From Lytechinus pictus (Eukaryota), in the NCBI RefSeq assembly GCF_037042905.1, contig NC_087252.1, positions 23,376,001-23,436,000 of the forward strand: a stretch of DNA of 60,000 bases, written 5' to 3'. The position numbers were made by a program, and so were the translations under genes. The notes under the pieces were generated by a model that worked only from the letters and a program-made list of their open reading frames with translations, was not told the DNA's origin and searched no databases. Positions 51,685 through 60,000 of the stretch are shown in pieces. Every line of letters begins with the position of its first letter. The first letter of the stretch is position 1.

Positions 51685-51945
51685 CGGGTCGTGTGGTCCA
51701 GTGGTTAGAGTATTGGACTCATAATCGCAAGGTTGTGAGTTCGAATCCCTACTCTGCCATTGTCTCCACTGTGATAAAAAGGCCCGAGAGTAATACATGT
51801 CGTCTATAAGGTCAGCCACTATGGCTGATTAACATAGACGTAAAATGTTTCCTAGGTAATTGGTTATATACCAGCTTGGCGTTTACCAGCAAAACGCTGT
51901 CCTGCCGAGTTCCTACGGGAGTTACCATAAACAGAAACACAAACA
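51685..51945 (+). mobile_element. tRNA-derived SINE specific to unit B intron 1
   Basis: TGGTCCAGTGG and GAGTTCGAATCC boxes, A-rich tail; empty site in copy A at ~16935. Confidence 0.8.
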
Positions 51946-52204
51946 GATGGAGCAATGATTATAGGATGTGAGATGTGATAAATTCTCCGCCCGCTGAAAA
52001 AAGTGGAAGTAATGCCAAAAAATCTAATTATTTATTATGTAATTGTTTGTGTTCTTGTAGGAATCGTCACTTTATATAAGAAATTATACTCAAAGAAGAA
52101 AAAAGGCTTTCAACTCTGTACCTTCCATTGTCGCACTGGGTATGTTGGGAACGCACTGAGAGCACCTCTACATGTATACTGTATAAATGGTAAAACGCGC
52201 AAAC

Positions 52205-52885
52205 CGTCACCATCATCACGACGACGTCATCATTAACATCACTATCATCAGCAGCAGCATCATCATCATCACCACCACCACCAGTCCACACCACCACAAT
52301 AACCATTACCACCATCACCACCATCACCAATATTATCGCAATACTATGCACGACCATCACCACCATCTCCGTTACTATCATCACCACTGGCACCACCATC
52401 ACCATATCACCACTACCATCACTACAACCAGGAATCATCATCTTGATTAAACATTATCTCCAATCACCACCATGACCACCATAACCACCATTATCATCAC
52501 CATCAGCGTCATCATCATCATCATCAGAATCAGAATCTTCTTTAACAGCATCACCATCACAACCATTACCGTCGTCACCATTATCATCACCACCACCACC
52601 ATCAGCTCTACAACCATCATCACTACCACAACCGCAAAAGTCACCAACTAACACCATCAACACCATTATACTACCACATCTTTGCCATCGTCACCATCAT
52701 CAACAGCACTAACACCGCCAGTGCCACCATCCTTTTCTTCAAAAGTACCATCACCACCGTCATCACCAACACCAGCATCAAAACCACCACCACCACACCA
52801 TCTTCGTAATCATCATCATCATAATCACCATCATCGTCACCTCTACAATCAGCACCAGCACCACCATCACCATAATTCACCATTA
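52205..52885. repeat. Degenerate (CAT/CAC)n tract in intron 1 of gene B
   Basis: Direct reading. Confidence 0.9.
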
Positions 52886-52928
52886 AGATTGCAGCAGTAA
52901 AGTCATATCCATTCTTGTCCGCATGTAG

Positions 52929-53089
52929 TTCAAATGATGTTCAAGTTCGGCAATACTTTGTTTGCAACTACCCACGTCCCCATAATTGCCAAGAACGGGG
53001 AGAGCGTCACGCTGCCATGCTCCCATGGATGGAATCTTTCTAGAGTCGAGGACAGGAAAAACCTTGATCATGCCACCTGGTTTTTAACT
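52929..53089 (+). CDS. Ig gene B exon 2: V-set N-terminal half (...NGESVTLPCSHGWNLSRVEDRKNLDHATWFLT)
   Basis: TAG/GTGAGT, 161 nt, open. Confidence 0.92.
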
Positions 53090-54713
53090 GTGAGTGTTTA
53101 AACGTTCTAATGTTTAGTAACACCAACGAAACCGACTCCAGACCGATCAAATCTATTACGTTATTTCCAATGATTGGTCTTCGGTCGGACTGTAGTCGGT
53201 TTCATTGGTGTGACTGTATCATAAGATGTTAAACGGATTCCGCATTTTAGTGCCAATTTGTAATTTGCCGATAACTCATACCTCGTTTCCAATGTCGTGC
53301 ACTCCTTTATACCTCGTTCCGATCGTCTGGTGATCCGTTACGATTGGCCTTTTGTTGCTGATCGCGAAATATTTTTTTAAAGCAGTCCAAAAAATGTTCT
53401 ACTATCAAAACGGTAGCCACGAGTGACTTCAAGATCTGATACGATCTGACACGATCACTACGATTTACTCCACGATTTAGCTCACCAATACAAACGCCAC
53501 AATCGGCCTTTCGTAACTAATCATGATTTTTTTTTAACCAAAAAAGATTCCACGATCAATACGATTACCACAACTGATCTGATATGATCTGATACGATCT
53601 GATACGATTACTAAGATTTCTCCACGATTATGACCACGGTTTCAATCGTGACACTGTGAACTATTTTCAAATAAAGGTATTTTTTAATATATTGTTTTCA
53701 CATTTAAGTTTTATACATATTAACTGGTTAAGTGTACAAAGGCATATATTCCATTATTGCCATCAGTTTGAAAAGAAACCTAGAAATCAGGTGAAATCAT
53801 GTGCTCGTATCAATATGTGACGTCATTAAGATTTTGACGAGAAGTATGCTTTTACACAAAATTTGATAGATTTATATTCCATTCTATTTTTATCTAGGTC
53901 CGTTGTCTTTAGGATGCTCATCTTATATGAAATACACATGGATGTTCTTTTAATATCGAATCATTATCCAATGTTAAAGATCAGAGTGTATGGTATTATA
54001 CGTACACCATAATAGACCTATCGATCGTAGTTTAAAATGTGTCGGTTTCTGGTCGTAAAGGGAAGTAAACTTTTTTCAGGCCATCTCAGATTTCATTCAT
54101 CACCATGTCAAGATTATTATGACTGATAATGATATGTTTATCATAGAGCTAAAGCTTTATGTGTTTATCATCATGGCAATTAATCATGCGGCTTTAATAT
54201 CGGGTATCAATATTCCAACATTATGTCTGAAGGGAATTGACTATGCATTAAGGCGAATCTGAATATTGAAAAGACTTAATTTTAAAGAATTAAAAGAATT
54301 ATTACTTTAAAATATATCATTATCAATATTATGTTTATTATTAGTAGTATTGTTATTATTATCATTATTATTATTATCATATTATCACAATATATCACGC
54401 TCTACAAGCAATGCTTTTTAGTGGATCCCCTCATTTCCATATCAGATTTTGTTAAAACTATTTTACAAAGGTATTGAAACTCGTAATTGATTTGTAATCA
54501 ATATTATCATATTTCATTTGTATTTGTTTATATTCATGTATTTTTTATTTGTATTTGCTTATAATGTTGTTAATGGAAATGGAAAATAAACTTGAACTTG
54601 AACAATCATTGTTTTCATTTTCCTCTTCCTCGCAATCATCATCATCGTCGTCGTCGTGGTCATCATTATCACAATCATCATCATCGTTCTCGTCATTATC
54701 ATCATCATAACAG

Positions 54714-54942
54714 AATCCTGACCGTACTGACACTGTCGCTTCTCACGAATGTCCAGATGATAACCCTAAATTATGTAAGACAATGACATCGAATAGTCAG
54801 GTCTCCCTTGACCTTGACTTCGAGAACCAGACAGCGAATCTCATCATCACAAATGTCCAGAGTACGAACAGCGGGGTGTATTTCTGTTTGGTAGTGACCG
54901 TCAATGGTATCATCCAAACCTCTGTCAAGCTCACTGTTAGTG
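54714..54942 (+). CDS. Ig gene B exon 3: V-set C-terminal half (NPDRTDTVASHECPDDNPKLCKTMTSNSQVSLDL...SGVYFC...KLTVS)
   Basis: CAG/GTAAGT, 229 nt, open. Confidence 0.93.
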
Positions 54943-56406
54943 GTAAGTGATGAAAACCTTTTTATCAAACCTAAAACCAGTATCATAAAGTCTTGTTATT
55001 AAACTAGGAGTTAATTTTAACGGAGAAAGTTAAGCAGGGGGTGTTTCACAAAGATTTAAGTATTACTTAGAGTCGCACTTAAATACCGAATTGCGTACTC
55101 TACGAAAGGCTTGACCGCATTGGTCAGATCGTGTCATGAGGACGCGCACTAATACGTATCTAACAATAAGAACGCGCGTTGCATATCATGCACGAGTCGG
55201 CATTTAAGTGCGATTTAAGTCATACTTAAATCTTTGTGAAACATCCCCCTGGTTGTGTTCTATTTTGTCTATTTCTTCATCTCCTAGCTCCGGTTACGGG
55301 TTGATGCTTAAAAGAGACCAAAAGGTGTGGGAGGCACTGAAGAACTCAGCATGGACACACCAATGGAGATGTTGGGAAATCCCCCTTTCCACCCCCCCCC
55401 CCCAAAAAAAAGCAAATATATACAAAATAATAATAGATAAATAATATAAAGAATACAAAAATCCTTCACCGGCAAAAATAATAATTCTTATTTTCGTATT
55501 CTTACTTCCCTCCTCCAAAAAAACCCAACAAGTTTTCTTGAAACGGACTACTGAACGTTATATAAATTAATGTAGCTTTCAGCTATCTTCTTCTCAGCCA
55601 AATTAGGCTCGTATGATCACTCGAGACAAAATTAATGTGATCACCCCCTTTCGTTTTTCCGGGGACGTCGGAGGGGGGGGGGGGGGCAAGACGGACACCG
55701 CCACAGTGCTCATATATCAACTTTCAAAATACACCTTAAACAAGTAATCAACCTTTGATGACAGAATGTTCTCAGACTTCCCTAGAATTATTTTGTAATT
55801 CAATTCAATTCAATTCTTTTATTTCATTTCCATTCAAAACATATTGAATGGAATGTTTATCTCCACCCCAAATAATGGGCAATCCAGCCATTCATTACGT
55901 ATTAATGTTGTATTTAATGTTGTAAATTTTAAATGAATTAACTTTTTTTTTTTTTTTTTTTTTTTTGGGGGGAGGGTTATTTTGCATGTTTTTTATTAAA
56001 TAGAATTAATGCAATTCAATACGAAAAATTACAGTAATGCTCCAAATATTTTGTGGTCATGGTACGATTATATATGTACGATTGTTTTTTGGGGGGGAGG
56101 GTGGCAATTTTGTTACCATTTTAGTAACTCTACTGTACGCACGTACATTGCCCGAGCTTGAAAAAAACCCTTTTCAGGATGTTTTTGTGTGGGTGTCAGG
56201 GGTGCTTGCGTGTGTGGGTGGGATGGGTGTGAGGGGATATGGGAGGATGTGGGTGTGGATGTGTGGGTGTGTGTAATTATGGCAGTGTCCCTGGATCGTT
56301 TCAAGCAAAAATCCATTGTCGTTTCGAAATTTTTAAGGAAACTGTCTCCAAGCTTCCTCCATAATCAATTTTGTGATTATTTTTTTCTCTTTTTCATTTT
56401 GCACAG

Positions 56407-56730
56407 GGTCTGATACATCCGTTCGCATTACGTCATCCGGCGGTCATCCACCCGACGAGCCAAGCAAATTAATCGTCACGGCCAATACCACGGAGACACT
56501 CAAGTGTTCTGCTTATGTGAATAAGGGCTACCCTGGCACACTCGTCTGGACAGCCCAAGATCTCAGTTTGCAAGAGGAAACTCCAAAGAAGTTCGACATC
56601 AGTGATGACGAAGATTATGTGACGTCATCAGTGACGTTTCATCCAACACATGCTGATAATGGTAAATGGGTAGAATGTGGAATCAGGGAAAGCGAAAAAT
56701 CACCGAGACGAGTCAAGTTGATGGTTAAAG
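56407..56730 (+). CDS. Ig gene B exon 4: C-type (C2/CD80-like) Ig domain
   Basis: CAG acceptor, AG|GTAACT donor, 324 nt, phase 1-1, Cys/Trp/Cys pattern. Confidence 0.92.
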
Positions 56731-57604
56731 GTAACTAGAATTTTCAATTCAGTTAATGGTGCATATATGTATTTCGCATGAAAATCAATGTATTATCCAG
56801 AGTTAAAATGCTGAAATTAGCATGTTTACAATACAGGCCATTCATAGGCAAAGCTAACAAAATATATAGGTAGACTGACATACAATGGTTCATGACATAC
56901 ATGAAATTGATAAATAAATACACGTCTGAAAGTAATTGTAATTGTAAACAACGCAATCAATAGAATAAATTTGAATATATAGGCCTATACAGAATTGCAT
57001 GAATGAATACAATTTCGAATCTATTGCTCACTTTTCTTGAAAAAGACAAATCAAAGAATCTCTGCAGGATCTCACTAAGAATGAAAGTGGACATTTATAA
57101 ATTGGACGTGGCCTAAATGACGCTATCATATAGAAGAGGGATTTCTGGGAATTATGTTGCTGAATTGTTTCGAAAGTAATAAATCAAGTGGCGTTCAAAT
57201 TGTACAGACTGGCACTGATTGTATTTAGCATGTCGGGAATTTCCGGAAAGTCTTCAATTGCTAGAAATATTAATGGTACTACTGCTGAAAGTTACGTTGT
57301 TGCTGCTTTCTTGCTTAAATTATTTCCGTTTCATTTTTTCTCATTTCCAGCAAAACAGTAAACAAAATCCATGAAATAAAATGATAATAAACAATTGAAG
57401 TATAAAAAAACACAATCATGTAGCACAACATTAAAGATTTTAAACTTAGATGGATCAGGAAATATTTGTAGCTGAAAATAGCTTGTCGAAAATGGAGAGG
57501 TCCACTGTGAAGCTTTGCTTGTAAATCGTGGACCCCTCGAATGAAAGTATTTAATAATGATCAAGTACATAATTATAATAATGAAAGCATTGAATAATTG
57601 TTAA

Positions 57605-58202
57605 AGGGGAATCCAACCCAAATAAAAACTTGTTTTTATAAGAAAAACAAAAATCAGACAAGTTAATAGGTGAAAGTTTGAACAATATTGGACAAACAAC
57701 AAGAAAGTTATGATTTCTTAAAAGTTGTAAATATTGGTAATCACTATACCCATGGAGACTTCAAATTGGCCGCATATGGGATACCATAGTGATGTAAGGC
57801 AAGGACTACTCTTCCTTGTACTCCAATACATATTATGGCTAAAATGTCATTTTCCCCCAAAAGTTTTTATTTCAAATTATATTTTTCTTTCATGAGGACA
57901 TAAAACAATATACTACCTGGATTATATTTAGATTACTGCCCCAGGGGAATGGGTACTTAAAAGAAAACCAAAAAACCCTGATTATAAAGTACATGGCCTA
58001 TGGGAAAGTTGTCCTTGCCCCTTGTCATAATTTACTTACCCAGTTGCCAATTTGAAATCTATATACTTTTAGTGATCTCAATTTAAAAGCAGCTATAACT
58101 TTCTTTAATGCTTGTCCGATTTCTTTCAAACTTTCACCATTCTGTATAATTTATTTTTCTCCTTCTAAACACAACATTTTATGGCCAAGGCTGGATTCCC
58201 CT
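57605..58202. mobile_element. Kolobok-like MITE, second family
   Basis: ttaa|AGGGGAATCCA...TGGATTCCCCT|ttaa; single TTAA empty site in copy A at 30241. Confidence 0.92.
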
Positions 58203-58313
58203 TTAATTACATAATTAAAATAATGAGGCAATTATAACTGGGTCAGCTCTATACTCATGTGACAATTCTTATCCATCTTGTCCCATTATATCGTTTATTG
58301 TTGCTGGAAAGAC

Positions 58314-59045
58314 CACAGTGCGGCATACGTTAACACAAAGTGTGTTCACATAGGAGACTATATGTGAACCACAATGTGAAAATGCCTAAAATTAAACAGT
58401 TCACACTGTGGACATCTCGATTGTGTGGGTGATTACAGTGTGTTAACATAGTGGACTATATGTGATTCACAGTGTTAAAATGCTTAAATTTCACGAATCT
58501 GGAGATAAGTTCACACTGTGGACGTATCGACTGTGTGGGTGTTCACATAGTGCACCATACTAGTATGTGATTCACGATGTTAAAATACTTAGAATTCAAC
58601 AATCTGGAGATAAGTTCACACTGTGGACATCTCGACTGTTTTAGTGGTGACAGTGTTTTCACGTAGTGTACTATATGTGATTCACAATGTTAAAATGCTT
58701 AGAATTCAACAATCTGGAGATAAGTTCACACTGTGGACTTCTCGACTGTGTTGGTGGTCACAGTGTGTTCACATAGTGTACTACATGTGATTCACAATGT
58801 TAAAATGCTTAAAATTCAATAATCTGGAGATAAGTTCACACAGTGGACATCTCGACTGTGTGGATGTTCACAGTCTGTTCACATATAATGCAGTAACTGA
58901 AGATGTGAGTGATTCAGAGAAACCTGAAACTGTTGAAATGAAGTGTGAACACAGTTACCACCGTGGGCATTTCTACCACGCCACATGAGTGCTGTTCACA
59001 GTGTGTTTGCCTTGTGGACTGTGCTAAAATGTTATTCACACTTTT
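58314..59045. repeat. 110-bp tandem repeat, unit B copy
   Basis: Same unit as 30353-37960. Confidence 0.9.
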
Positions 59046-59675
59046 AAATTTAACAATGGCATAATGATTTTACTTCCATGATATTGTAGTCCACCCTGTG
59101 CGAAAACACAGTAGACACACTTTGTTAGACAGTGTAGATACCCACTTAGCTTAATATAATGGAGAGTCTGGTTAATAACAATGAAGGGGTAAGTCTACAC
59201 AAAATTTAACTAAAAGCAAGGAAATGTAATTTCAATGTGTAACTTGGTATCACATCCAATGCCGATTATTTTCGTCAAGGATATATTTGGGCCCATGGTT
59301 AAGTAAGTACTCAGGGGCTTTGCCCTGATATTTCGATAGGGGTAAGACGAAAATATGGTCGAATTACAAACTAATTTTAGGGGTATTGTAGAATTACGCT
59401 GTCAAGACTTCTCTCTTTTTTTATTCTCTTCATCCTTCTTCCTATCTTTCCTACAGTTTTTATTCTTCTCCTCCTTCTTTGTTTCTGTTTTTTAGCTACT
59501 TGAAGAAAGAATATATATTTAAAAAAAAACATCTTGCTACCAAGAATGACGGCTTCCCTGCAGTAGTAGACCTACCACTCTTTCTTCTCTTTATAACATA
59601 GTTTCCATTTTGAAGGAGCTTCTGGCAATTAATCCGATGGCATTTTCTTTTCTTTACATTTCTCATATTGGACAG

Positions 59676-59915
59676 ATAAAACAGATACGTCATCAACGGG
59701 TAACCCTCTTATCCCAATAAACAATGAAACTTCAAGCCCGGTATGTTTTCATCGCCAAAGTCGGAAGGCTAATAACTCCTCTCGGAACAATACCTGTTGC
59801 CAGGCAAGAGACATCGTCTTTCTGCCCAGTATTTCACCAAATGGGGATATCGCTATTTTATGCTGCACAGGGCGTGAGGTTGGGTCATGCCACTCTCTAC
59901 AGTTCAACATTGCTG
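59676..59915 (+). CDS. Ig gene B exon 5: Cys-rich extracellular segment (DKTDTSSTGNPLIPINNETSSPVCFHRQSRKANNSSRNNTCCQARDIVFLPSISPNGDIAILCCTGREVGSCHSLQFNIA); gene continues beyond the window
   Basis: Pyrimidine tract plus CAG, 240 nt open, phase 1-1 matching exon 4, G|GTAAGA donor, four N-glycosylation sequons. Confidence 0.8.
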
Positions 59916-60000
59916 GTAAGAATGACTTTACTCATGTCGTACGCAGACATTTCTTCCGGGGGGGGGGGCAAGATGCGTGAACATTATTGAAGAAACTCGT

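Larger units (their letters stand above)
11980..59910. repeat. Tandem segmental duplication containing the Ig gene: unit A ~11980-46810, unit B ~46820-59910
   Basis: Colinear near-identical blocks throughout; 46644-46790 matches 59771-59910 and is followed closely by sequence matching 11981 onward; the size difference is explained by insertions in unit A. Confidence 0.9.

Noticed and set aside
52003..52236. ORF with a TM-like stretch followed by lysines (IIYYVIVCVLVGIVTLYKKLYSKKKK) and a candidate acceptor at ~52060
   Set aside because: Lies in intron 1 upstream of the V exons; the paralogous position in copy A has an early stop; likely chance translation of T-rich intron
59724..59990. 88-aa ORF MKLQARYVF from the ORF track
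   Set aside because: Different frame from the one set by the phase-1 splice sites of exon 5, and it runs through the donor into intron

Overview
Repeat-dense, intron-containing animal genomic DNA. The repeat style (poly-G/poly-C tracts, tRNA-derived SINEs, TTAA-flanked and CCC...GGG non-autonomous DNA transposons) suggests a sea urchin or other echinoderm; this is inference, not a database match. The ORF track is almost all spurious (microsatellites and transposon subrepeats), and the real coding content only appears after manual splicing. The window holds a tandem duplication (unit A ~11980-46810, unit B ~46820-59910). Each unit carries a + strand immunoglobulin-superfamily gene: signal-peptide exon, a V-set domain split over two exons, a C-type (C2/CD80-like) domain and a Cys-rich exon. 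Copy B keeps all splice sites and runs off the right edge. Copy A has lost the exon-4 donor (GT>AA), reads into a stop after two codons, and its exon 5 is frameshifted and split by an ~8 kb transposon, so it predicts an intact secreted 253-aa V-C protein. Differences between the copies cluster in loop-rich segments, and both promoters carry IRF/ISRE-like motifs. A signal-peptide exon of a second, divergently oriented gene lies on the - strand at 4408-4468. The rest is nested mobile DNA (Kolobok-like, hAT-like and CMC/EnSpm-like elements, SINEs, LINE 3' ends, a solo LTR, satellites); many boundaries are confirmed by empty-versus-filled sites between the duplicated copies.
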